The translations under genes were made by a program, and so were the position numbers. The notes beneath the pieces were generated by a model. The model ran no database searches. It was not told the DNA's origin and was given only the letters and a program-made list of their open reading frames with translations. DNA of 64,000 bases from an uncultured Gemmatimonadales bacterium (GTDB lineage Bacteria > Gemmatimonadota > Gemmatimonadetes > Gemmatimonadales > GWC2-71-9): contig CAVSLV010000001.1 of the NCBI GenBank assembly GCA_963728915.1, forward strand, positions 1,408,001 to 1,472,000, given 5' to 3'. Shown piece after piece: positions 50,935 to 60,939 of the stretch; within the stretch, counting starts at the first letter, position 1, and the number at the start of each line of letters is the position of its first letter.

Positions 50935-52376
50935 TCGCGCTCCGGCCGGCGTTGCTCGCGAGCGGAGCGAGTGTGCTCATGGTGCTCGGCGCCCGGCTTC
51001 ACCAGGGCTCGCCGCCCGCATTCGATCACGCCAAACACGCGCGAGTCTTCGTCGCGTGTTCCACGTGTCACGCCGGCATCGGGGGCGGGCCCGGGTCGGT
51101 CATGCCCACGCCTCAGAGCTGTGCGGCATGTCACGACGGGACGACCGAGCGCCGGGTGAGCTGGTCGCCCCGCGCCGGACCGCGGATCTCCAATCTTCGG
51201 TTCGACCATCAGCGCCACACCGCCTTCCGGGGGCAGCGGGGTGATACCTCGACCTCCTGCGCCGACTGTCACACCGACCAGGGAGGTCAGTGGATGCGGG
51301 TGCGAGGTCCGAGCGCGCCCCAGTGCCTCGGCTGCCACGTTCCCGGCGGCCCGCCTCACCTGGCAGCTCCCGATTCGGCCTGCACCACCTGCCACCTGAC
51401 GCTGCCGCAGGCAACCACGCTTCCCCCGGACCGCATCGCCAGATTCCCTGCCCCCCCCAGCCACAACGCCGGTGGGTTCATGGAGCCGGGGGGACATGGA
51501 TCCCTTGCGAAGCGAGGACCCGGCACGGTCGCGGCGAGCTGCGCGGTGTGCCATGCGAGAGACTTCTGCGCATCGTGTCACGTGGATGCGCCGGAAACCG
51601 CCCCGATTCAGGCGCTGGCCCCCGATGCGCGGTCGCTCGCGATCCCCCATTCACTCGCGGCACCGGCTTCGCACGCGTCGCCGGACTTCGAGACCGCGCA
51701 CGGAAAGCTCGCCGCCCGAAAGGACGCGAGCTGCCGGACCTGTCATACCCAGGAGAGCTGCACGGCATGCCATCAGGGGTCGCCACCCGGGACCGTTCTC
51801 GCGCTGTATCACGCCGGGCCGGGACGCGGGGAAGGCGCGCCAACGGTTCGCCGAGCACCGGCAAGCCACGGCCCGGGATGGCGCAATGGACACGGCCCGT
51901 TCGCCTCCGCGGCGATGCGGAGCTGCACCACCTGCCATGTCCGAAGCGAGTGCCTCACCTGCCACATCCCGAATAGCACCACCCGGAATAACTATCACCC
52001 GGCGGGGTACCTCACCCGCCATCCGGCGGATGCCTACGCGCGATCAAGCTCCTGCGCGGACTGCCATAACACGGGAGAGTTCTGCCAGACCTGCCACGCC
52101 CAAGCCGGGCTCTCGGCGCGCCGCACCCTGCTGGGCGCCGGGGGGTACCACGACGGGAATCGCCAGTTCGTGTTCGGACACGGCCAAGCCGCCCGGCAGG
52201 GCCTCGAGAGCTGCGTGTCCTGTCATGTGGAGCGGGATTGCCTGACCTGTCACTCCGCGGTCCGGGGCCGGGGGTTCAGCCCCCACGGCCCCGGGTTCGA
52301 TCCGGAGCTCATGCTGCGAAAGAATCCGCAGCTCTGTATCGCCTGCCACGGGACGGCGATCCCGCGGCGGCCCTAG
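50931..52376 (+). CDS. Secreted 16-heme cytochrome c (c3-like and doubled CxxCH units)
   Basis: 16 CxxCH, FDHxxH c3-type motifs, CxxCH-x4-CxxCH pairs. Confidence 0.9.
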   Translation: MIALRPALLASGASVLMVLGARLHQGSPPAFDHAKHARVFVACSTCHAGIGGGPGSVMPTPQSCAACHDGTTERRVSWSPRAGPRISNLRFDHQRHTAFRGQRGDTSTSCADCHTDQGGQWMRVRGPSAPQCLGCHVPGGPPHLAAPDSACTTCHLTLPQATTLPPDRIARFPAPPSHNAGGFMEPGGHGSLAKRGPGTVAASCAVCHARDFCASCHVDAPETAPIQALAPDARSLAIPHSLAAPASHASPDFETAHGKLAARKDASCRTCHTQESCTACHQGSPPGTVLALYHAGPGRGEGAPTVRRAPASHGPGWRNGHGPFASAAMRSCTTCHVRSECLTCHIPNSTTRNNYHPAGYLTRHPADAYARSSSCADCHNTGEFCQTCHAQAGLSARRTLLGAGGYHDGNRQFVFGHGQAARQGLESCVSCHVERDCLTCHSAVRGRGFSPHGPGFDPELMLRKNPQLCIACHGTAIPRRP

Positions 52377-52391
52377 AGGAACCGGGGGAGC

Positions 52392-53138
52392 TTACCGTGG
52401 AGTCCAATGGGGAGATCCGGAGAACAGCCCCTGCACCACGCCGATGCGCCAGGCCAGGAACAGGCCGAACCCGACGCTGATCACGCCCGACGCCAGCCGC
52501 AGCCCGTGACCGAGCCAGGTGAAGCGCCGCTCGGCGTACGCGAAGGGCGCGGCCACCACGAGCGTGATCAGCATCATCCCCACGATGGTGCCTAACCCGA
52601 AGACCACCAGGTAGAACACCGACCAGGCCGGATCCCGAATGGTGGTGAGCACCAGCAGCGCCACCGCGGCGGATCCCGCGAGCCCGTGCACGATCCCCAC
52701 GATCAGGGGGCGAGCCAGTTGATAGGCGCCGAACCGCCCGAGCTGCCGGTCGAGCCAGCCGAGGGAACCCTCTTCGTGGGCGCCCCGGTGCGCATGGCGA
52801 TGGAGGCCGGGGTCCTGGGGCACCATCGCTTCGCGGACCGGCCGGATAGCCGCTCGGACGCTCATGATTCCGAGCAGGACCAGCATCACCCCCACCGACA
52901 GCTCGAGGGAAAGCCCCACCCGGGCCGGGATGACCCAGCCGAGCAGCAGGATGCCGCTGCCGACCGCGAGAATGGTGAGGGTGTGGCCCACTCCCCAGAT
53001 GCCGCCGATGAGCGCGGCGCTTCGGGTGCTCCGGTGGCGGCTCACCAGGGTGGTGATCGCAACGACATGGTCGGGATCGGTGGCGTGACGCATCCCCAGG
53101 AAAAAACCCAGCCCCAGAATCGCCAGCAGTCCGCTCAT
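52392..53138 (-). CDS. High-affinity nickel transporter (NiCoT/UreH-like)
   Basis: GMRHATDPDH, WGVGHT, GIVHGLAGS; last gene of the hyp operon. Confidence 0.88.
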   Translation of the reverse strand: MSGLLAILGLGFFLGMRHATDPDHVVAITTLVSRHRSTRSAALIGGIWGVGHTLTILAVGSGILLLGWVIPARVGLSLELSVGVMLVLLGIMSVRAAIRPVREAMVPQDPGLHRHAHRGAHEEGSLGWLDRQLGRFGAYQLARPLIVGIVHGLAGSAAVALLVLTTIRDPAWSVFYLVVFGLGTIVGMMLITLVVAAPFAYAERRFTWLGHGLRLASGVISVGFGLFLAWRIGVVQGLFSGSPHWTPR

Positions 53139-53142
53139 CGGT

Positions 53143-53988
53143 TCATCGCTCCGCGGTGGTGCCCGAGAAGACCGGCACGCGACGCTCGAAGAACGCGGCG
53201 AGGCCCTCGGCAAATTCCCGTCCTTCGGCGATCCGGGCGAGATGCTGAAGCTCCTGATCCAGGTGGAAGTCGAGCCGGTCCACGCCGAGCGCCTGATTGA
53301 ACAGGGCCTTGGTCACCCCGAACGCGCGGGTCGGTCCGTCGGCCAGCCGCCGAGCCAGGGTCATGACCTCGGCCTGGAACGACTCGACCGGGAAAACCCT
53401 GTTGACCAGGCCCAGCTGCTCGGCCTCGACCGCGGAGAGCCGGGGATTGAGGAGCATCAGCTCCATGGCTTTCCGCATTCCCAGGAGCTGCGGCACAAAG
53501 AAGGTGGAGGATTCCGCGCCGGAGAGTCCGGTCTTGTGATAGGCCCATTCGAACAGAGCCCGGTCCGAGGCCACCACCAGGTCGCACGCCATGGCGAGCC
53601 CTAACCCGCCCGCCGCGGCCATCCCATCCACCGCCGCGATGAACGGCTTGGGGGCCCGGCGGATTTCGGAGATCGCGCTGTGGAGGTACTCGAGGATCTG
53701 CTTGAAACTCTCCCCGTAGGACTGTCCCGGCTCCTCCCCCTCGGGCTGGAGATAGCCAAAGTCGGAGCCCTCTCCGCGCTCCCGCACATATTTGAGATCG
53801 GCCCCGCTGCAGAACACGCCGCCCTCGCCGGTCACGATGACGCATCGGACGGCTTCGTCGCGCGCCATGCGAAGGCCGGCGGCCCGGAACTCCCTTGCCG
53901 TCGTCACATCCATGGCGTTGAAGCGCTGCCGGCGGGCGATGGTGATGACGCCAACACCGTTTTCGCGGGTGGTGAGGATATCAGGCAT
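53143..53988 (-). CDS. Enoyl-CoA hydratase/isomerase family protein (candidate HypX C-terminal half)
   Basis: FCSGADL, KPFIAAVDGMAAAGG..ACD, EGLAAFFERR. Confidence 0.9.
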   Translation of the reverse strand: MPDILTTRENGVGVITIARRQRFNAMDVTTAREFRAAGLRMARDEAVRCVIVTGEGGVFCSGADLKYVRERGEGSDFGYLQPEGEEPGQSYGESFKQILEYLHSAISEIRRAPKPFIAAVDGMAAAGGLGLAMACDLVVASDRALFEWAYHKTGLSGAESSTFFVPQLLGMRKAMELMLLNPRLSAVEAEQLGLVNRVFPVESFQAEVMTLARRLADGPTRAFGVTKALFNQALGVDRLDFHLDQELQHLARIAEGREFAEGLAAFFERRVPVFSGTTAER

Positions 53989-54718
53989 AGACCGCCACGG
54001 GGATCGCCGGTTCGGGCCTCCGATTCCGCCCTTCGACGGCGAGGGCAATCGCTCTCTTGAGGAGGCCGCCCCACGCCGAGCGCATCATCCATTCCCGGTG
54101 CGCGAAGGCGTAGGCTTTGAGCATCTTCTTCGCTCCCAGCCGCCTCGCCTCCGCAACCATGGGGCTGGCGGGGAACGAGCGGGATCGCAGCAGGACCCGC
54201 CCGGCATCGAGCTCCGGAGTGACCAGGTGCACACAAGTCCGGGTCGCCGCCTCTCCAGCCGCGAGCGCGTCGTAGGTGGCGTGGAGACCGCGGTACTTCG
54301 GCAGCCCATCCGCTCCGAGGATCGTGAGATCGGCATCGTGAATGTTCAGGATCCGGCCCGGATAGGCGTCCAGCACGGGCGCGGTCAGGATATGGAGATA
54401 GGCATCGAGCAGGACCAGGTCCGGCCGGTACGCCTCGAGAAACCGGACCGTACGCGCATCGAATCGCTGGCGGCAGTTCAGATCGGAGACCCTGGACTCC
54501 TGCTCGCGACAGAATTGGCGAAGGTCGTGAATGGCGCAGGGAATGTCGGCGGCCGCAAGGAGCCCGGCGGTTTCCGCCAGGGGTTCGGTGGCGATGCCGA
54601 CGACCAGCTCGTACGACGTTCCCCGGGCGGGATCATCGAGAAGGAACTCAATCCCCGGGGCCCGATTGGTGGTCAGCAGGGCCACGCGAAGAGGCGGGTT
54701 CACCAGGAATTGTGGCAT
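53981..54718 (-). CDS. N10-formyl-THF formyltransferase family protein (candidate HypX N-terminal half)
   Basis: PDLVLLDAYLHIL, ILNIH, TCVHLV..ELDAG, matching the GAR-transformylase N-x-H and Asp motifs. Confidence 0.88.
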   Translation of the reverse strand: MPQFLVNPPLRVALLTTNRAPGIEFLLDDPARGTSYELVVGIATEPLAETAGLLAAADIPCAIHDLRQFCREQESRVSDLNCRQRFDARTVRFLEAYRPDLVLLDAYLHILTAPVLDAYPGRILNIHDADLTILGADGLPKYRGLHATYDALAAGEAATRTCVHLVTPELDAGRVLLRSRSFPASPMVAEARRLGAKKMLKAYAFAHREWMMRSAWGGLLKRAIALAVEGRNRRPEPAIPVAVYA

Positions 54719-55758
54719 CAGCAGATCCGGGGCAGCGGTTCACCATCGGGCTCCGCCATCAGCCGGCGGCCCAGACCGGTATCGAGAATGACCTGACCCG
54801 GCCGTTCCGCGATGCATTCCCCTACGATGGCCGCCTCGGCGCCGAGCGGGTGGGCCCGAAGGACCTCGAGTACCCGCTCCGCATCGCCGGGGCGAACCCC
54901 GATCACCGCTTTCCCTTCGTTGGCGATGTGGAAGGGATCGAGGCCGAGCATCTCGGCCGCCGAACGAACGACCGGGGACACCGGAACCTGGGGCTCATGG
55001 ATGACGATGCCGACCCGGCTCTTCTCCGCCATCTCGTGGAGGGCGCTTGCCGCGCCGCCGCGGGTGGGGTCCTTCATGGCCGTGATGCCTTCCGGCGCCG
55101 CCGCGAGCATGGAGCGGATCAATCCATTGATCGGCGCCACGTCCGAGCGGAGGGCCCCTTCCAGGTTCAGCTCGTGACGCCGGGCCATCAGGGCAATCCC
55201 GTGATCGCCGATCGTCCCGGTGAAGAGAATGCGATCGCCCACCCTGAGCCCGGCGTCGGACACGACCCGATCGGTGATCGCGACGCCGGTGGTATTGATC
55301 ACGATTCCGTCGAGCTCCCCGCGGCCCATCACCTTGGTGTCCCCGGTCACGACCGGCGCGCCGGCCTCGATGCTGGTCTCCCGCATCGACTGCTGGATCC
55401 GGAGCAGGTCGCTCCGGCGGAAGCCCTCCTCGAGAATGATGGCGCTGGTGAGCCCCAGGGGCTCGGTGGCGCCCATCATGGCGAGGTCGTTCACCGTCCC
55501 GGCGATCGCGAGGCGGCCGATATCTCCCCCCGGAAAGAAGACCGGATGCACCACGTGAGAATCGGTGGTGAGAACGAGCCACTGGTCGCCGATGCGGAAG
55601 GTGGCTCCGTCGTCCATGGCGGCGAGCCCGATGCCTTCGGCGCGGGACTCGGGGAATCCGACCGTCAGGGTTTCCTCGATGAGCCGGCGCATCGCGCGGC
55701 CGCCGGCGCCGTGCCGGAGCGTGATCATCTCGTCACGGGTCTGGATGGTGCACGTCAT
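54718..55758 (-). CDS. hypE: Hydrogenase maturation protein HypE
   Basis: HGAGG, TTDSHV, GTVNDLAM, DPTRGG, C-terminal PRIC. Confidence 0.96.
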   Translation of the reverse strand: MTCTIQTRDEMITLRHGAGGRAMRRLIEETLTVGFPESRAEGIGLAAMDDGATFRIGDQWLVLTTDSHVVHPVFFPGGDIGRLAIAGTVNDLAMMGATEPLGLTSAIILEEGFRRSDLLRIQQSMRETSIEAGAPVVTGDTKVMGRGELDGIVINTTGVAITDRVVSDAGLRVGDRILFTGTIGDHGIALMARRHELNLEGALRSDVAPINGLIRSMLAAAPEGITAMKDPTRGGAASALHEMAEKSRVGIVIHEPQVPVSPVVRSAAEMLGLDPFHIANEGKAVIGVRPGDAERVLEVLRAHPLGAEAAIVGECIAERPGQVILDTGLGRRLMAEPDGEPLPRIC

Positions 55759-56888
55759 AACACGGGGTGCCCTCCGTACTGATACCAGATCTTGCAGGTG
55801 CCTTCGCTCGAAACCATGCAGGCGCCGACCGGGGTGTCGGGGGTGCATTCCTTCCCGAAGAGCGGGCATTTCACCGGCGCGCTCAGCCCCGCCATGATGT
55901 CGCCGCAGAGGCAGCTCTGGGTGAGGGTGGACGGGGCGTAGGTCCACAGGCGCCGCAGATCGATCGCGAATCGCCGGCGGGCATCGAGCCCCGCAAATTC
56001 ATCGCGGAGCCGGAGGTTGCCGTTGGGCACGTGGGCGATCCCGCGCCAGTTGCCGCCAGTCGGCCGGAACACCTTCCAGAGCTGGGCCTGGGCATTCCGG
56101 TTTCCCTCCGGGGTCACGCAGCGGGGAAACATGTTGACCACCCTGGGCGTCCCGTCCCGCACCAGCTCGACCAGCTTGACCAGACCCGCCAGGATATCGA
56201 GCGGCTCGAACCCCGCGACCACGACCGGGATCCGGTGGTGCTCGACGAACCGCTCGAAGATGGCCGAGCCGGTGATCGCGGCGGCGTGCCCGGCGGCGAG
56301 GAATCCTTCCACTTTGGTGCCGGGCATTTCGGCCACGATTTCCATGACCGGAGGGATGTACTTGTGGGCGGAGAGCACCGAGAAATTGGGGGGCGGGTCG
56401 CCCAGCACGACCGCCGCGGTCGCCACCGCCGTGGTTTCGAATCCGCTGGCAAAGAAGACCACTTCCTCGCTGGTGTCGCGCGCCAGCTCGACCGCTTCCG
56501 CCGCGCTGTAGATGACCTCGATCCGGCCCCCTTCGGCCTGGGCATCGCCGAGCGACTTGACGCTGCCGGGCACCCGGACCATGTCGCCGTAGGTCGCGAT
56601 GATCTTGCCGTCCTGCGCGAGCGCGACCGCTTCGTCGACTTCGGGAACATCGGTCACACACACCGGACAGCCCGGCCCCATGATCACGTTCAGGGCGCGA
56701 GGCAGCACGCTCCGCAGTCCGAACTTGGCGATGGACTGCTCATGGCTCCCGCACACGTGCATGACCGACACCGGGGCCCGGCCGATCTGGTCGCACAGAT
56801 GGCTCAGCGCCCCGGTCAGGGCGCGGGCCCTGGCGGGATCGCGGAATCGCAGCTGGGCAATGCCCCGGTCCAGAACGGCGTCAGACAT
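55755..56888 (-). CDS. hypD: Hydrogenase maturation protein HypD
   Basis: CGSH, GPGCPVC, GFETT, GACMVSSEGTC. Confidence 0.96.
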   Translation of the reverse strand: MSDAVLDRGIAQLRFRDPARARALTGALSHLCDQIGRAPVSVMHVCGSHEQSIAKFGLRSVLPRALNVIMGPGCPVCVTDVPEVDEAVALAQDGKIIATYGDMVRVPGSVKSLGDAQAEGGRIEVIYSAAEAVELARDTSEEVVFFASGFETTAVATAAVVLGDPPPNFSVLSAHKYIPPVMEIVAEMPGTKVEGFLAAGHAAAITGSAIFERFVEHHRIPVVVAGFEPLDILAGLVKLVELVRDGTPRVVNMFPRCVTPEGNRNAQAQLWKVFRPTGGNWRGIAHVPNGNLRLRDEFAGLDARRRFAIDLRRLWTYAPSTLTQSCLCGDIMAGLSAPVKCPLFGKECTPDTPVGACMVSSEGTCKIWYQYGGHPVL

Positions 56889-57171
56889 CGGCGGCTCCGG
56901 GGCGGACGGCGGCGATCTCGCCCCGCACGTCGGCGGCCATCATATCGCTCTCGGCTTCCTTGAGCAGCAGCTCGTAGAGCGCAAGGGTCTCCTGGATCTC
57001 GCCCTCGGGAATCTTCCGGATGGCAAAGCCCACGTGATTCAGGATGTAGTCGCCGGGCGCAACCGCCTGGTCCACCACGTCGAGGCGGGTTTCCCGGCGC
57101 ACTCCCCAGAAATCCACCAGCGCGGTCTGCCCGCGAACTTCGATGACCTTACCGGGCACGCCTAGGCACAT
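56881..57171 (-). CDS. hypC: Hydrogenase chaperone HypC
   Basis: MCLGVPG, HVGFAI. Confidence 0.96.
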   Translation of the reverse strand: MCLGVPGKVIEVRGQTALVDFWGVRRETRLDVVDQAVAPGDYILNHVGFAIRKIPEGEIQETLALYELLLKEAESDMMAADVRGEIAAVRPGAADV

Positions 57172-59515
57172 GGGTTCACCTCCCGCGCGAGAATCGCCGC
57201 GGCCACCGCGGCCTGACCGTAGCTGATCGCGCCGTCATTGGGCGGTAGCCGCCGGGGCGCCAGCACGCGAAAGCCGGACTGCGCGAAGCGCCGGCTCAGG
57301 GACTCGAGCAACCTTCCGTTCTGGAATACCCCGCCGCCCAGGGCGATGGTCCGGATCCCGCTTTCCTCCGCGACCCGCCGCACCAGGGCGGCCAGCGCCC
57401 AGGCCACGCTGGCGTGGAAGTCGGCGGCGAGATCGGCGACCGGCTCGCCGCGGCGGCGGCGGGTGCCTAACACGGCGAGCAGCGGCAACGGATCCAGCAC
57501 CAGGCGCCCATCCTGTTCGAGAAAGCCGGACGGGTATTCCGTCGCGGGACGCCGGCCGGCCAGGGCCTCCAGCTCCATGGCCGCCTGTCCCTCATAGGCG
57601 GCCTCGTGCCGGACCCCGAGGATTGCCGCGGCCGCATCGAACAGGCGGCCCATGGATGACGCCAGCGGCGCATTCAGTCCCCGGGCGATCTGTCGCTCGA
57701 CCAGGTCGCGCTCCACCGGGGAAACGCCCTGGAAGGCCAGGGCGAACGCCCCCGCGAAGCCCGGCTCGATCGAGAGGTAGCCGGCCGCGGCCCGCCAGGG
57801 AGACCGCGCCGCGCGATCGCCTCCGGGCAGCGGAGCGGGGAGAAGATGGGCGGCGCGACGGTACCCGGTCAGATCCCCCACCAGCACCTCGCCACCCCAG
57901 GTCGTCCCGTCGTCTCCATAACCCGCGCCATCCAGGGCGAGCCCGATGACCGGCTCGGTGACGCCGTGTTCGGCCATGACCGCCGCGATGTGGGCATGGT
58001 GGTGCTGCACCACCAGGACGCGGGGCAGCCCCATCTCCTCGGCGAGCCGGCTGGAGAGGTACTCGGGGTGGGCGTCGCGCACCACCACCTCGGGCGCGAT
58101 CGCGAAGAGCCGCCGGAAGCGGGCCAGACTTCGATCGAAGTGCTCGAGGGTCTCCAGGTTCTCCAGGTCGCCCAGGTGCTGGCTGACCCAGGCGGCGGCG
58201 CCTTCGGCGAGGGTGAAGGTGTTCTTGAGCAGTGGCCCGACCGCGAGGAGCGGCACCGGAGCGGACACCGGCAGGCGCAGCGGCATCGGGGCAAAGCCGC
58301 GGGCCCGCCGGATCAGGACCGGCCGCTCCTCGACCACGCGGACCACCGAATCGTCGTAGCGGGTCACGATCTCGCGATCGTGCAGCAGGAACCCGTCGGC
58401 GATTCCGGCGAGCCGCGCCAGAGCCTCCGCGTTGCCGGTCGCGATCGGCTCGTCGCTCTGATTCCCGCTGGTCATGACCAGCGGCCCACCCACCGCCTCG
58501 AGCAGCAGGTGATGCAGCGGGGTATAGGCCAGCAGGACACCGATCCGGGTCAGGCCGGGCGCGACCGAGGGCGCGACCGGGGCGTCTTCCTGCCGCAAGC
58601 CGAGCACGATGGGGCGCTCGGCCGAGGCGAGCAACCGCCGCTCGGCGTCGGTCAACTGGGCCAGGACGGTCGGCCTCGTCCACGGTCCGTACCATGACCG
58701 CGAACGGCTTGGCGTCCCGGTGCTTCCGGGCGCGCAGCCGCTCGACCGCGGCCGGATTGGCGGGGTCAATGGCGAGGTGGAACCCGCCTAACCCGCGCAC
58801 CGCGAGGATCGCCGCCCCGGTCCAGGAGCCCCACCGCCTCGGTCAGCGCCTCTTCCATTCCGCCGTTCCGTCCGTCCGCCGGTCCGCCTGACTTGTCCGC
58901 CGGTCCGCCGGTCCGCCCATCCGCCTGATACCAGATCCGCGGGCCGCACTCGGGGCAGCTGTTGCTCTCCGAGCGGTAGCGCCGGCTGGCCGGATCCTGG
59001 TACTCGGCGAGGCAGGCGGGACATGGCGGGAAAGCGGCCATACTGGTGCGCTCCCGATCGTAGGGCAGGGCCTCGATGATCGTGTAGCGCGGACCGCATT
59101 CGGTACAGGTGATGAACGGGTAGCGATAGCGGCGATCCGACGGATCGAACAGCTCCTCGAGACACGCCTCGCAGATGCCGACGTCAGGAGAGACCAGTCC
59201 GGTGAGCGGTGACGCCTCGCTGGGAAGGATGGCGAAGCCCCCGAACCCCGACGGGGGTTCCGGCAGAAGATCGATCGCCTCGATCCGGGCGAGCGGAGGG
59301 GCCTCAATCCGGAGCTCCTGGAGAAAGGCATCGAGCTCGAGTCCGGCGCCCTCCAGCGCGATCTGCACCTCTCCGGTGGTATTTCTCACCCACCCGTCGA
59401 GCCCATGACGAACCGCCAGCCGGTACACGAAGGGACGGAACCCCACCCCCTGCACCAGGCCGGTGACCCGGAGACGAACCGCGGCGCGCCCGGCGCCGGT
59501 GCTCAGAGTCACCAT
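57162..59515 (-). CDS. hypF: Carbamoyltransferase HypF (frameshifts ~58680-58820)
   Basis: VQGVGFRP, zinc fingers, [27 protein letters not shown]. Confidence 0.94.
58859..58927. repeat. 8-bp tandem repeats (TCCGCCNN x8) inside hypF
   Basis: Seen directly; encodes [22 protein letters not shown]. Confidence 0.75.
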
Positions 59516-60213
59516 GGGCGACGCGGACAGACGGAGGCGGAGGCGGGGAACGCGGGGCGCGCCTCGACGCGCAGGAACTCCAGCCACTCGTCGAGGCCTT
59601 CGCCGGTGCGGGCGGAGGTCCGGAAGAAACGAAGGTCCGGGTTCACGGACCGCGCGTTGGCAATCGCGAGGTCCACGTCGAAGGACAGGTGGGGCAGCAG
59701 GTCGATCTTGTTGAGGACCGCGAAACTCGCCTTGCGGAACATCCCCGGATACTTGAGCGGCTTGTCTTCTCCTTCGGTCACCGAAAACACCACGATCTTG
59801 GCCGTCTCGCCGAGGTCCCAGCTCGCGGGACAGACCAGGTTGCCGACGTTCTCGATGAAGAGCAGCTGGGTCGTGGCCAGGTCGATGGCCTCGAGCGCCC
59901 GGGTGACCTGGCTGGCATCGAGGTGGCAGGCGCCTCCGGTCACCACCGCCTGGACCAGCCGGTCGGTGTGGCTCGCCAGACGATCGGCGTCGTTCTGGGT
60001 CTGCACGTCGCCGGTGATGACCGCCATCTCGATCTCGGGGCCGAGTTGCGCGAGGGTGCGCTCGAGCAGCGAGGTCTTCCCGGAGCCGGGGGACGACACC
60101 AGGTTGAAGGCCGGCACGCCCGCCTCCCGAAGCCGGCGCCGGACGGCGTCCGCCAGCTCGTCGTTCCGGGCCATGACCCGTTCGCGCACTTCAATCGTTC
60201 GGACGGCCATCAT
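59509..60213 (-). CDS. hypB: Hydrogenase nickel incorporation GTPase HypB
   Basis: SSPGSGKT, GACHLDA, ENVGNLVCPA, EGEDKPLKYP, NKID. Confidence 0.96.
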   Translation of the reverse strand: MMAVRTIEVRERVMARNDELADAVRRRLREAGVPAFNLVSSPGSGKTSLLERTLAQLGPEIEMAVITGDVQTQNDADRLASHTDRLVQAVVTGGACHLDASQVTRALEAIDLATTQLLFIENVGNLVCPASWDLGETAKIVVFSVTEGEDKPLKYPGMFRKASFAVLNKIDLLPHLSFDVDLAIANARSVNPDLRFFRTSARTGEGLDEWLEFLRVEARPAFPASASVCPRRPW

Positions 60214-60451
60214 CGATCTCCACGTAGGCCAGCCTGAGGACTTCTCCGGCCGCCGGCACCAGGTCGGCGCGGGCGCCCAGGAACGGCGGCTCCCGCAACA
60301 GCGTCTCGAGGCAGAACCGGAAGTTTTCGATTTCGATCCCGGCGTCGGGGCCGACCTCGACGCCAACGCCGGTCACCCGGCCCGGAGGTTCGCGGTCGAC
60401 CACTTCTTCGGCCAGCCGGCAAACCTCCAGAGCCAGTCCCAGCTCATGCAT
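60191..60451 (-). CDS. hypA: Hydrogenase nickel chaperone HypA, short form without zinc finger
   Basis: MHE N-terminus, VEVG...E.E.FRFC; no CxxC pairs. Confidence 0.85.
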   Translation of the reverse strand: MHELGLALEVCRLAEEVVDREPPGRVTGVGVEVGPDAGIEIENFRFCLETLLREPPFLGARADLVPAAGEVLRLAYVEIDDGRPND

Positions 60452-60939
60452 AGGCCAGTTCCCGCCGGGTGCAGCGATGGCCCAGCCATTCCAGCTGGTC
60501 GATGGTGAGGGCCACCATCTTGCCGATGGCGGAATCCACCCGCGCGCTCAGGGTGCCGGTGAGCTCGATCTGTTCGGGCTGCACCCCGATCGCCATCAGG
60601 GTTTCGGGAAGCGCGTCCCGGAGCTCGGCCAGCGCGAGGACTTCCCTCAGATCGAGCTGGTGGGGGGAGAGCTTGTGGGCGAAGTAGCGGGGGAGGTCCT
60701 CCCGCCGAAGCAGCGCGAGGCTTCCCGGCCTGGCTCCGGTGTTGATCGCATCGAGGAGAATGACCCGCTCGTGAGACTCGAACAGGTGCAGCAGGTTCAT
60801 GCCCCAGGTTCCGCCGTCCACCAGCTCGACGTCCTCGGGGACGATCCACTCCTCGCGCAGCAGGTTCAGCGCGGCGATCCCCGCTCCGTCATCTCCCATC
60901 AGCGAGTTGCCCGAGGCCCAGCACCAGCGTCGTCGTCAT
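60444..60939 (-). CDS. Hydrogenase maturation endopeptidase (HyaD/HybD), frameshift near the start
   Basis: Reconstructed MTTTLVLGLGNSLMGDDGAG, VDGGT, LSPHQ. Confidence 0.92.

Noticed and set aside
53981..54718. Formyltransferase as housekeeping purN
   Set aside because: It lacks the N-terminal SGxGSN GAR-phosphate loop, has no pur neighbours, and is coupled to hypE.
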